Assembly: GCA_965224195.1 (NCBI GenBank)
Contig: OZ245040.1
Location: 1,408,001 to 1,472,000, forward strand
Length of the DNA stretch: 64,000 nt
Direction of reading: 5' to 3'
Source: Nitrosopumilus sp.
GTDB lineage: Archaea > Thermoproteota > Nitrososphaeria > Nitrososphaerales > Nitrosopumilaceae
The first letter of the stretch is position 1, and every line of letters begins with the position of its first letter. Position numbers and translations under genes: made by a program. Of the stretch, positions 20,828 to 30,461 are shown in pieces. The notes beneath the pieces are model-generated. The model was not told the origin of the DNA. It made no database searches and was given only the letters and a program-made list of their open reading frames with translations.

Positions 20828-21189
20828 CACACTATGATGATGATTTCATTAAAAGTATTCAAGGTTTTGATGAAATATTAAATGATGATTGGTATGAACG
20901 TCTGACGAAAATTTCTGATGACGCAAAACTACCTATGGAATTAAAGTGGTTTGTAAATGAATTACGAATTGCAATCAAAGCATTATTTGTAGTAGTTAAC
21001 AGTGAAATGCATCAAACTAACAAAATGAAAGAGATACTGTCAAAATTGCCTGATGATGAAAAACATCAAGATCTCAAAAAGATTTTGGAGGAAAGAGACA
21101 ACGATATAGAAAAAACACTCAAACCAATAAGCAAATACACCAAAGAGCTAGAAGAATCACGAACGAGGAAACCTGATTACATTGGATAA
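20824..21189 (+). CDS. Hypothetical helical protein (IS passenger)
   Basis: 121-aa ORF translationally coupled to the RHH gene. Confidence 0.65.
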   Translation: MTHYDDDFIKSIQGFDEILNDDWYERLTKISDDAKLPMELKWFVNELRIAIKALFVVVNSEMHQTNKMKEILSKLPDDEKHQDLKKILEERDNDIEKTLKPISKYTKELEESRTRKPDYIG

Positions 21190-21481
21190 CTCTGATGCTT
21201 ACATAGAGAAAGGTTCTATTGAAAAATTACAGTATGCATTACAAGCTGAAGAACTAGCCCAAGCATTGGCAGAGCATCTTGCAAACAGTGTAAAATGGCT
21301 GCATCATTATTGCAAAAAAAACAATATTCCATTACCTGATCAGGATAAAATTAATGAGATTGTGGATAAAACAGTCAAACTAAATGATGATTTCAACCGA
21401 AAATTTACAGGAGGCGGTATACACCGCAGACTTTACAGAGCCTCATTTTCAACAGGTCACTGTAACTTTACAGAACCGTAA
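21182..21481 (+). CDS. Hypothetical protein (IS passenger); C-terminus runs through both right IRs
   Basis: 99-aa ORF overlapping the previous stop. Confidence 0.55.
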   Translation: MDNSDAYIEKGSIEKLQYALQAEELAQALAEHLANSVKWLHHYCKKNNIPLPDQDKINEIVDKTVKLNDDFNRKFTGGGIHRRLYRASFSTGHCNFTEP

Positions 21482-21482
21482 T

Positions 21483-21906
21483 CTGGGCTTTCCTAGAAAT
21501 CATCAATGTTTTACCTGATTATTCATTAAACTAACCGCTCAGATCCATCAATTATTGAGAGTTATTCCATTTCATGAAAAACAAATCTGACACATGATGA
21601 TCTCCCTCATGCGCCAGATTCCAAAGAAAATGAATGTCCCGTTGGTTTTGCATCCAAAATCAAGGCATACATTTTCAATACACCGGCACATCATCTGCTG
21701 TTTAAAAACTGCAAGGAATAAAAGACAGTCGTATGGCTTTATTGCAATCCAAGCTCACTTGTCACATGCTTCCAAGAGCTTGATAGAGGGAGGGAACATG
21801 AGATTCAAACCGTACATGCAGATTATCCTGGAACAACTGCAATCCAATATGCTGCAAGAGAGAGGATGGCTTCAAACTTGCTTTAGAATCCACAGTTTCA
21901 GAAAAA
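21483..21906 (+). mobile_element. Internally deleted/decayed IS5-like element
   Basis: Same left end and transposase N-terminus (MKNKSDTMMISLMRQIPKKMNVPLVLHPKSRHTF) as 17775-17963. Right boundary approximate. Confidence 0.55.
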
Positions 21907-22659
21907 CTAGGGGTATGAATTCAAAACTTGGGCATAGCTAGCAAACCTATGATTTTTAGGCTTTACCAGTTTTTGGCGATATTTTTTTACAGGTTTGCCA
22001 ATTGCACCGTTTAGACCAAGTGGACCTTTAACAAATTTTTCCTTGTTTGCCCAAAGAAGAACTTTGTCTTTCGGAGCATAGTGGTTTACTATTTTCGAGT
22101 TAACTATGGTTTGAATAATTTTTCCATATTTTTTTGATGAAGGTACATCTTCAGTTATTGATGCACCAAAAAGATATGCACCTTCTACAATTCCAACATT
22201 TTGTTTCTTTTTTGCAAGATACTCCAAAGTACTCAAAATTACTTGTGAACCTAAAGAATGCCCCATTAGCCTTATCTTTGTTTTAGGGCTGATAGTTTTG
22301 AAATCTTTAACGAATTTTCCAAGATTTTTTCCATTTTTTATTGCAATTTTTTGACCAACTGCAAGTGACCGTTTTGCATGCTTAATTAAATGTGCACCAG
22401 TTGTGTTTGAATCATAACTATAACCAATTACAGGATGGACATATCCTAACTTACGTAATTGTTTTTGAGCTAAAACAACTTTAGCAACAGCTCCGGCATT
22501 ATCGTTTCTTAATCCATGAATCATAATAGTGATTTCTTGTGAATTGATTAATTTTCTAAAATCATTTTTTGGATATGTATAATATGAATTATTTTTCAAA
22601 GTCACCCCACTTGAAAGATCATAGTAACCTCTTGTAGAAATTCGTGTAATAGGTTTCAT
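21907..22659 (-). CDS. Alpha/beta hydrolase (DUF726-like)
   Basis: IHG oxyanion motif and GHSLG nucleophile elbow. Confidence 0.8.
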   Translation of the reverse strand: MKPITRISTRGYYDLSSGVTLKNNSYYTYPKNDFRKLINSQEITIMIHGLRNDNAGAVAKVVLAQKQLRKLGYVHPVIGYSYDSNTTGAHLIKHAKRSLAVGQKIAIKNGKNLGKFVKDFKTISPKTKIRLMGHSLGSQVILSTLEYLAKKKQNVGIVEGAYLFGASITEDVPSSKKYGKIIQTIVNSKIVNHYAPKDKVLLWANKEKFVKGPLGLNGAIGKPVKKYRQKLVKPKNHRFASYAQVLNSYP

Positions 22660-22661
22660 AG

Positions 22662-24317
22662 TTATTCAGAAGGTCCCAATTGACTTTTGTGTTTTTCAAT
22701 ATCAGATTCTTCAACTTTTGCAAATATTGGAGATGCATCACCCAGTAGATGGTTTGATGGGATTCCAAGTAAGGACATATCACTCCATGCAGATTTGCTT
22801 ATTTCACCATCCAATCCCAGTTGCTCCCAAATTTTTTGAGAAGATTCAGGCAAGAATGGGAAAAGTGCAATGGATGACGCGCGTGCAGCATTTACTGAAA
22901 GATACACACAGTTTGCGGTACCTGGTCCTTTTTTCCAAGGTTCTTTGTGTTGAAAATATTGGTTAAAAAAGGATGAAAATTCCATAATTTTCTTCAAAGC
23001 CCTATCAAGATGGTTTTGCTCCATAAGAGAACCCACATCAGATGCAAGATTTTTAATTTTTTGCTCAGCCTCAGAATCTTTTTCATCAAAAGAATCAGGT
23101 TCTGGAACTTTGCCATCAAATGCTTTTTTTGTAAAACCAAGTGCCCTATTTACAAAATTTCCAAGATTTCCAATCAATTCAGAATTAATTCTTGTTGTGA
23201 AATCATCCCAATCAAAATTTAGATCATCTTGAGAATACGGGTTGATAGATACAAGATAGAACCTAAGATAGTCTGCAGGATAATATTCTAAAAATTGTTT
23301 TAGTCCAACATACCAATTCCTACTTTTTGAAATTTTCTTTGATTGCAAAGTTAGATGTCCCCTAGTCGGAATATAATCTGGAAGTTTGTATTCAGAATCA
23401 ATCCCCAATCTCATTGCAGGTAAGAAAAGATAATGATGGTATACAATGTCTTTTCCGATAAAATGGTAAATATCAGCAGAATTCCAAAATTCTTTGCCAT
23501 CGATTCCTTTATCGTTAAGAAATTTTAAAGCAGTTGAAATGTATGCCAAGTGATTATCAAACCAACCATAGAAGACCTTGCCTTCTGCACCATCAAGTGG
23601 TACTGGGACACCCCAAGAAATATCTCTTGTAATATCCCAATCAATTAATCCAGATTTAATCCAATTTTGAACATATTTTTTTACGTCTTTTTGTAAATGG
23701 GGGGCTTTATCTAGCCATTTTGCTAGTGAATCAGCAAAATTTTTGAGTTTGAAAAAATAATGTTTGGTTTTTTCTTTAGTTGGTGTTGCTCCACATAGAG
23801 AGCATTTAGGATCAGTGATTTCTTCAGGCACACGGCCACAGCTTTCGCAAAGATCAGAGTACTGATCCTCAGCCTTACAAGAAGGGCATATACCTTTCAC
23901 GTACCTGTCAGGCAGGAATTTTTTATCGTTATTACAATAAAATTGGATGACTTCTTTTTCGTAAATATGACCAGAATCATTTAGTTTTTTAAAAACATCT
24001 TGAACAAAAGCAATATTTTCAGAAGAACTTGTCTTGTAAAAATAATCAAAGTCAATATTAAATGCTGAAAAATCATCATAGTCTCGCTTATTCCAATGTG
24101 CAACATATTGAGCAGGAGTCTTTCCTTCTTTTTCAGATTGAATTAAAATTGGAGTTCCAAAATCATCAGATGCACAAACATAGTAAGCCTCAACTCCATT
24201 CATTTTTAAAAATCTGGCAGTTACATCAGCTGGAAGATAGGTAGATGCAACATGTCCCAAATGAATTTCACCATTGGCATATGGTAATGCACTTGTGATG
24301 ATAGCTCTTTTGTTCAT
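22662..24317 (-). CDS. metG: Methionine--tRNA ligase
   Basis: ALPYANGEIHLGH, Zn knuckles, GKDIVYHH, KISKS. Confidence 0.97.
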   Translation of the reverse strand: MNKRAIITSALPYANGEIHLGHVASTYLPADVTARFLKMNGVEAYYVCASDDFGTPILIQSEKEGKTPAQYVAHWNKRDYDDFSAFNIDFDYFYKTSSSENIAFVQDVFKKLNDSGHIYEKEVIQFYCNNDKKFLPDRYVKGICPSCKAEDQYSDLCESCGRVPEEITDPKCSLCGATPTKEKTKHYFFKLKNFADSLAKWLDKAPHLQKDVKKYVQNWIKSGLIDWDITRDISWGVPVPLDGAEGKVFYGWFDNHLAYISTALKFLNDKGIDGKEFWNSADIYHFIGKDIVYHHYLFLPAMRLGIDSEYKLPDYIPTRGHLTLQSKKISKSRNWYVGLKQFLEYYPADYLRFYLVSINPYSQDDLNFDWDDFTTRINSELIGNLGNFVNRALGFTKKAFDGKVPEPDSFDEKDSEAEQKIKNLASDVGSLMEQNHLDRALKKIMEFSSFFNQYFQHKEPWKKGPGTANCVYLSVNAARASSIALFPFLPESSQKIWEQLGLDGEISKSAWSDMSLLGIPSNHLLGDASPIFAKVEESDIEKHKSQLGPSE

Positions 24318-24354
24318 TGGATATTACTTAATGGTTGGAATGAGGTTAAGAAGT

Positions 24355-25596
24355 TTACCAGTTACTTGCATATTTTACTTGTTCAGGAGTTAATTTATCA
24401 ATTTTAACATCCATGGATTTTAGGGCATCAACTGCAATTTGTTGATCAATTTCTTTAGGAACATCGATAATTTTATTTTCCATTTTTTTGTGATTTTTAA
24501 GAATATACAATACAGACAAGATTTGATTTGAAAATGATTGTGCCATAACTTCAGGAGGATGTCCTTCTGCTGCAACCAAATTTGCAAGACGGCCTTGTCC
24601 AATTAGATAGACGTGCTTTCCATTTTTCAATGTACATTCATCAAGATTTGGTCGTACCTCTCTAACAGATTTTGAAGATTTTAACAAGAATTTACTATCA
24701 ATTTCAACATCAAAGTGGCCCACATTACCCATTATTGCGCCAGACTTCATTTTTAGAATGTGTTCTTTTCTAATTACACTAGTCATGCCAGCACACGTAA
24801 CGAACATGTCACCAATCTTTACAGCCTCACTCATTGGCATTACTTCAAATCCATCCATATGAGCTTCAAGAGCTTTGATAGGATCAACCTCAGTTACAAT
24901 AACTTTAGAACCCATTCCATTAAATCTGGAGGCAACGCCGCGTCCTACCCAACCGTAACCTACAACCACAACACGTTTTGATGCCATTAACAAATTCATT
25001 GCACGAAGATATCCATCTATTGTACTTTGACCAGTCCCATATCGATTATCAAACATGTGTTTTGTATATGCCTCATTAACTAAGATAACAGGATATCGTA
25101 ATTTTCCTTGGTTTTCTACTGCTCTTATTCTAGTAACTCCTGCAGTAGTTTCTTCAGTTGCCCCAAGTATTTCCATGTCTTTAAATCGTTTATCAAAATG
25201 AGCTTTGATATTCATATCAGCACCATCGTCAGTGAGAATCGTTGGTTTATGTTTTAGAACTTGATCAATACACCAATCATAATCTTTGACAGATTGTCCA
25301 TGCCATGAATATACATTAATTCCTTGAGAGGCCAAAAATGCAGCAATATTGTCTTGGGTGGTTAAGGGATTTCCACCACAACATGCAACTTTAGCTCCTA
25401 ACTCTTTGGCACCCATTAGTAAAACGGATGTTTCTTTAGTAATGTGAAGACAAAATCCAAGGGTAATTCCCTTTAGAGGTTTTGATTTTTTGTATCGATT
25501 AATAGTATTATCAAGAATTTGCATATGAGATCGAGCCCATTCATAAGATAGCTTACCTTCTTTGATCAATTTTGGACTAGACTTTACTTTACTCAA
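24355..25596 (-). CDS. ahcY: Adenosylhomocysteinase
   Basis: EETTAG, KHMFDNRYGTGQS, GYGWVGRG, GRLANL. Confidence 0.97.
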   Translation of the reverse strand: MSKVKSSPKLIKEGKLSYEWARSHMQILDNTINRYKKSKPLKGITLGFCLHITKETSVLLMGAKELGAKVACCGGNPLTTQDNIAAFLASQGINVYSWHGQSVKDYDWCIDQVLKHKPTILTDDGADMNIKAHFDKRFKDMEILGATEETTAGVTRIRAVENQGKLRYPVILVNEAYTKHMFDNRYGTGQSTIDGYLRAMNLLMASKRVVVVGYGWVGRGVASRFNGMGSKVIVTEVDPIKALEAHMDGFEVMPMSEAVKIGDMFVTCAGMTSVIRKEHILKMKSGAIMGNVGHFDVEIDSKFLLKSSKSVREVRPNLDECTLKNGKHVYLIGQGRLANLVAAEGHPPEVMAQSFSNQILSVLYILKNHKKMENKIIDVPKEIDQQIAVDALKSMDVKIDKLTPEQVKYASNW

Positions 25597-25671
25597 TAAA
25601 TCAAACCAAATTTTAGAGTATAAAATTCTATCATGCGAATGTAAATAAATGACAAAGATATCAGAGATTTA

Positions 25672-25974
25672 TTGACTTGGAAGAAAATTGCAGACAAAGG
25701 TGCAGTAGCCGCAGGCAAAGGCAAAGCTTTCAAAGTTGACGGTAAGCAAATTGCAGTTTTTAATCAAGACGGATATCATGCAATGGATGATCTCTGTGTA
25801 CATCAAGATGGATCCATTGCACCAGGAAAATTAGACGGAGATATTGTGGAATGTCCATTACATTTTTGGCATTACAATATCAAAACAGGAGAATTGACAG
25901 ATTATCTCAAAGACGTAAAACTTGAAACATACCCAGTACAAGCTAGAGATGATGGCATTTACATCGACATCTAA
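25672..25974 (+). CDS. Rieske (2Fe-2S) ferredoxin
   Basis: CVH...CPLH motifs. Confidence 0.92.
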   Translation: MTWKKIADKGAVAAGKGKAFKVDGKQIAVFNQDGYHAMDDLCVHQDGSIAPGKLDGDIVECPLHFWHYNIKTGELTDYLKDVKLETYPVQARDDGIYIDI

Positions 25975-26066
25975 TTACAGGAAATTCACACATTAGCCCA
26001 TCAAATAATTCTCAAATTTAAAGAAGAAGTTGCAACAACATTTGAGATTTTAAGGAATTAGATGCA

Positions 26067-26093
26067 AAGGAAAGGGACAAATGCCCTTTCCTT
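26067..26093. terminator. Perfect 10-bp hairpin, possible terminator
   Basis: AAGGAAAGGG-acaaatg-CCCTTTCCTT in the intergenic region. Confidence 0.45.
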
Positions 26094-26240
26094 GTGCTAG
26101 GTATGGGTTATGTTGGGCACAGATTATTCTGTGATTATACTATACCAAATCAGTATAAGGAATAATGCGTGTTCAAAATGAACCAATAGATATTCAATAG
26201 AGGTATAAGTTTTATTCTCACACATTCAGAAAAATAATAG

Positions 26241-27038
26241 TTGAATCAAGAGATCATAAATGAGATTAAAGAACAAGATTATCTAACAATAACTGAAAAG
26301 ATCGAGAATTTTCTATCAGAACAAGTAGAAAAAAATCAATCAAAAGGAGTCATTTTAGGATTAAGCGGAGGAATAGACTCGGCAGTCATAGCCTACATTT
26401 GTAAGAGAAAACTAAAAGACAAAACACTTGCATTAATTATGCCAGATACATCAATTACTCCCAAATTAGAAACAGAGGATGCTCTCAAAATGATTTCATT
26501 GACAGGAATTGAATACAAGTTAATTGACATCAAACCAATCATAAACGAATATTCAATGTATTTAGAGCCAAATGAAAAATCCAGAGGAAATCTTAGAGCA
26601 AGAGTTAGAACAAATATGCTATACTATTATGCAAATGCAAAAAACTATCTTGTTTTAGGATCAAGTGATAAAAGTGAATTCAACATAGGATATTTTACAA
26701 AATTTGGAGATGGTGCATCAGACATTGCACCAATAGTTTCCCTTTACAAACTACAAGTAAGAGAGATTGCCAAACACCTAGGAGTTCCTGATAGTGTCAT
26801 TTCCAAAAAAAGCAGCCCACACCTTTGGAAAGATCACGAGGCAGAAGAGGAATTAGGAATACAATATGAAGAAATTGATTCTATTTTGTATTGTATGTTA
26901 GAGAAAAAATTCTCAATTGACGAAATAGAGAAAAACACTCAGATACCACGAATCACTATAGAAAAAATTCAACGATTACACAGAAACAGTGAACATAAAA
27001 GATTGCCGCCACCAGAAACCAAACTGAGAACAAAATGA
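26241..27038 (+). CDS. nadE: NH3-dependent NAD+ synthetase
   Basis: GLSGGIDS, GNLRARVR, GYFTKFGDG. Confidence 0.96.
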   Translation: MNQEIINEIKEQDYLTITEKIENFLSEQVEKNQSKGVILGLSGGIDSAVIAYICKRKLKDKTLALIMPDTSITPKLETEDALKMISLTGIEYKLIDIKPIINEYSMYLEPNEKSRGNLRARVRTNMLYYYANAKNYLVLGSSDKSEFNIGYFTKFGDGASDIAPIVSLYKLQVREIAKHLGVPDSVISKKSSPHLWKDHEAEEELGIQYEEIDSILYCMLEKKFSIDEIEKNTQIPRITIEKIQRLHRNSEHKRLPPPETKLRTK

Positions 27039-28423
27039 AGATATTAGATACATTATCCAAAGTAGAACAAAAAGTAGATATCTCAAAAAAGGTCAAAATT
27101 TACCTTTGTGGAGTAACAGTATATGATGAATCTCACATAGGTCATGCAAGAACAATCATAGTTTTTGATGTACTAAGAAAATATCTTGAAAATAAAGGAA
27201 TTGAAATTGAGTTTATTCAAAATTTCACAGATGTGGATGATAAAATAATTAATCGTGCAAATACTGAAAATAAAACGGCTGAAGAAATTAGTACAAAATA
27301 CATTGAGAATTATTTTAATGATTTTGACGGATTAAGTGTAAAACGTGCAACTAATTATCCAAAAGCAACAGAACACATTAAAGACATCATCAAGTTCATC
27401 GAAAAATTAATTATAAAAGAAGTTGCATATACTTCAAAAAATGGGGTTTATTTTTCAGTCTCAAAATTTTCAAGATATGGGAAATTATCTAAAAAGAAAA
27501 TAGATGAACTTCAATCAGGATCTAGAATTGGGATTGATGAGCAAAAAAGAGATCCTCTAGATTTTGCAGTATGGAAACTATCAGATGTAGAACCTAATTG
27601 GGATAGTCCATGGGGTAAAGGTAGACCCGGATGGCATATTGAATGTTCAGCCATGAGCGTAAAGTATCTGGGAGAAAATTTTGATATTCATGGCGGTGGA
27701 CGAGATCTAATTTTTCCACATCATGAAAATGAAATTGCACAATCTGAGTCGTGTACAGGAGTTCAATTTGCAAAAATTTGGATGCATGTGGGAATGGTCA
27801 CCATAGATGGTGAGAAAATGTCAAAATCAATTGGAAATGTGAAACCAATTAAACATGTGTTAGAAAACTGGGGACCAAACATCATCAGATTATTCTGCTT
27901 ATCAGGACATTATTCTAAACCAATAGATTACTCTGAAGAACTACTAAAAGAGAATCTTACAAAATGGAGACAAGTAGAAACTTGTCATTATGAACTAATT
28001 CATGCCAATAATGAAATGAGTGAGGAAATTAATGAATTAGTTACTAAAATAGGCATAGGATTTGATACTGCATTGAATAATGACTTTAACACACACTTGG
28101 CATTATCTGCATTTTTTCAATTAGTTAAAGAAACAAACAGATTAGCCGCAGAAGAAAAACTAGGTAAAAATAATTCAAACATAATAAAAATAGAACTAAA
28201 AAGAATGTTAGAAATACTAGGATTAAAAATTCCAAAAATAACAGACAATCAGAAAGGAGAAATTGATAAGTTAATCACAGATAGAGAGAAAGCAAGGAAT
28301 GAAAAACAATTTGATGCAGCAGATAAAATTAGAGATAAACTAAACGAAATGAATATTGAATTAATTGATCACAAAGAAAAGACAATTTGGATGCGTAAAG
28401 AAAACATTAGAGCAGGAAAATAA
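27035..28423 (+). CDS. cysS: Cysteine--tRNA ligase
   Basis: CGVTVY..HIGH, PGWHIECSAM, KMSKS. Confidence 0.97.
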   Translation: MKILDTLSKVEQKVDISKKVKIYLCGVTVYDESHIGHARTIIVFDVLRKYLENKGIEIEFIQNFTDVDDKIINRANTENKTAEEISTKYIENYFNDFDGLSVKRATNYPKATEHIKDIIKFIEKLIIKEVAYTSKNGVYFSVSKFSRYGKLSKKKIDELQSGSRIGIDEQKRDPLDFAVWKLSDVEPNWDSPWGKGRPGWHIECSAMSVKYLGENFDIHGGGRDLIFPHHENEIAQSESCTGVQFAKIWMHVGMVTIDGEKMSKSIGNVKPIKHVLENWGPNIIRLFCLSGHYSKPIDYSEELLKENLTKWRQVETCHYELIHANNEMSEEINELVTKIGIGFDTALNNDFNTHLALSAFFQLVKETNRLAAEEKLGKNNSNIIKIELKRMLEILGLKIPKITDNQKGEIDKLITDREKARNEKQFDAADKIRDKLNEMNIELIDHKEKTIWMRKENIRAGK

Positions 28424-28542
28424 AATTGGCGTATACTAATTAGTTCACACTAACATTATTTATGCCTAAAAAAATTAGGAGAGTCTAATTAGGACAATCT
28501 AACTTTCGAGGTGTTTAATAGAATTAAAAAATAATACAATGC

Positions 28543-28824
28543 ATGAATGCGTGGAATAAATTTTGGCAGTGGTATGAAAATAAAATATTAGGAAGTGTGA
28601 TTTTAATTGCAATCATACAATTCGTCCAGATTCCACATATGATATGGAATGCAGATATCATGTTAGAAGCGGGAATTGTATCAAGAGTTCATCCAGTAAT
28701 TGATTGGTTCTTGTACGGAGTTGATCTAATTGAAATTATTTCAATCATCAATGTTGGAATGATAATGTTTAGTTTAATCAAAAAGAAAAGACAAGGAAAA
28801 AAGCAAGTTCAAAAAATAGCCTAG
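28543..28824 (+). CDS. Small membrane protein
   Basis: 93 aa with two hydrophobic segments and a basic tail. Confidence 0.7.
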   Translation: MNAWNKFWQWYENKILGSVILIAIIQFVQIPHMIWNADIMLEAGIVSRVHPVIDWFLYGVDLIEIISIINVGMIMFSLIKKKRQGKKQVQKIA

Positions 28825-29648
28825 TCTTTTGCTTCCCAAACTACTCTTTGTGGGAATGGAATTTCAATACCTGACTGGTCTAATGCACGTTTTATGATAG
28901 TAAGTAAGATAGGCTGCGCTTGACTCCAATCATCTCGTGGATGCCATACTAGTACCTGAACATTTACACCAGAGTCACCCAATTCCTCAACTCGGAATTC
29001 AGGTTCTGGAATTCTCAATACAAAAGGCATTGAAAGTTGAATTTCATTTTTAATTACGGAAATTGCATTTTCAATATCATCTTTGTAAGAAATTCCAACC
29101 ATCGCTTCTGCCCTTCTTACTGTTGAATTAGTTAATGAGCGAATATTTGAAGTGAATAATTTTTCATTAGGTATTCTAATTACGGTTCCATCAAATTTTC
29201 TAATCCTACTTGAAAATGTAGCAATGTCCAATAAAGTTCCAGATATGCCCATGTCAGGAATTTGAATCGTATCACCATGTTTTGCGGGCTTTTCTATCAT
29301 CAAAAATATGCCTGAAATTAAATTAGAAACTACCGATTGGGTTGCAAATCCAATTACTACTGCAAAAATTCCACCAGCTACAAGCAAGCCTGAGAAATCA
29401 ATCCCCTGAGTAGATGTAAAAATAAAAAAGGTAATGGCAATAATTCCAAAATAAATTATTTTTCCAAAATTCTTTGCAGTGTCTTGAGGAAGAGTGGGCG
29501 CATAATATTTGAAGAAAGCCATTTTTACAATTTTTGCAGTAATAATACCTGCAGCCATAATTATTCCACCAATTAACAATGAGAGAGCAGTCAGCCCTCC
29601 AATGATCTCCATTTCAGACAACCCTTGCAAAAATTCTATAGAGCTCAT
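28821..29648 (-). CDS. Small-conductance mechanosensitive channel (MscS family)
   Basis: IGFATQSVVSNLISG, IPNEKL, GIEIPFPQR. Start taken at MSSIEF, overlapping the upstream stop. Confidence 0.92.
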   Translation of the reverse strand: MSSIEFLQGLSEMEIIGGLTALSLLIGGIIMAAGIITAKIVKMAFFKYYAPTLPQDTAKNFGKIIYFGIIAITFFIFTSTQGIDFSGLLVAGGIFAVVIGFATQSVVSNLISGIFLMIEKPAKHGDTIQIPDMGISGTLLDIATFSSRIRKFDGTVIRIPNEKLFTSNIRSLTNSTVRRAEAMVGISYKDDIENAISVIKNEIQLSMPFVLRIPEPEFRVEELGDSGVNVQVLVWHPRDDWSQAQPILLTIIKRALDQSGIEIPFPQRVVWEAKD

Positions 29649-30325
29649 TCTAACCCCATCTCCATTGCAGTATTTGATGTACCAGCCTCCCAAGTTGGGG
29701 ATTTTATCCAGTCAGTAGAGATTGCATCAGTTTGAACATCGGCGATACTTGCAACTGCACGTTTTTTTAAAGTAACTTTAACTCCATCTAAAATGGATTT
29801 TGAATATTCATAGTAAAGAGCATTATCAGTAATTGGAAATATCACTTTGCTGACAGTTTGTCCAGATTCCAGATTATTTTCAATTACAATTTTCATTACA
29901 CCTTCCACATAAGGAATAGAATCAGAAAAATCAGTTGCAAGTGAGACCTCAGCATATTTACACAAAGTCCCAGTGTCAGGGGAACCATACAAACCAAATC
30001 TAGAATTTAGAGGACTGCATGTAACCCAATCAAGGGATTCTCGTTTAGAGTCATGAATCAAAAAAATTCCAATCTCTATTGGGCAGTGAACAAAAATACT
30101 AGCCGCAGAATTTTGACTCAAATAGATTTCTCTATCAAACTTTAAAAAAACATACCCAGTTCGCCTTGCAGGGTGATTTAGAGGCCTTATTGGTGCCAAT
30201 TCAATTTTAAGTTCATTGGATTTTGCAGGAATCATTTTTTCAATTATTTTGCCTTCAGAATCTTGTCTAAAATATGAAAATGCATTTTCCCCAATTTTTT
30301 CAAATTTTATTACAGTGTCAGGCAA
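29645..30325 (-). CDS. DUF432-like protein
   Basis: PIRPLNHP, PIEIGIF and LYGSPDTGTLCKY motifs; adjacent to MscS as is typical in archaea. True start may be slightly upstream. Confidence 0.7.
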   Translation of the reverse strand: MPDTVIKFEKIGENAFSYFRQDSEGKIIEKMIPAKSNELKIELAPIRPLNHPARRTGYVFLKFDREIYLSQNSAASIFVHCPIEIGIFLIHDSKRESLDWVTCSPLNSRFGLYGSPDTGTLCKYAEVSLATDFSDSIPYVEGVMKIVIENNLESGQTVSKVIFPITDNALYYEYSKSILDGVKVTLKKRAVASIADVQTDAISTDWIKSPTWEAGTSNTAMEMGLE

Positions 30326-30461
30326 AGTTAATTCAAGATTTTCATTTACAGCATTAACCCATAATTTGAAAAACTGGATTGAACTTTCTCATCGCTCATC
30401 TTTCCAATTTTTAGTCTAAAATCAGGGATTTATGCCCTCTCATTTGCAGAGATCAGTAAAA

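Larger units (their letters stand above)
18912..21442. mobile_element. Inner IS6-family element with passenger genes
   Basis: 20-bp IRs with 2 mismatches: GGTTCTGTAAAGCCTGCGGT (18912) and the reverse complement of 21423-21442, GGCTCTGTAAAGTCTGCGGT. No TSD seen. Confidence 0.85.
15758..21477. mobile_element. Outer IS6-family composite element
   Basis: 23-bp terminal IRs with 2 mismatches: GGTTTTGTGAAGTTACAGTGACC (15758-15780) and the reverse complement of 21455-21477, GGTTCTGTAAAGTTACAGTGACC. 8-bp TSD GTAATCTG at 15750-15757 and 21478-21485. Confidence 0.9.

Noticed and set aside
21594-21941. 115-aa ORF as a real gene
   Set aside because: Read-through of a decayed IS5-like transposase fragment that overlaps the end of the hydrolase gene.
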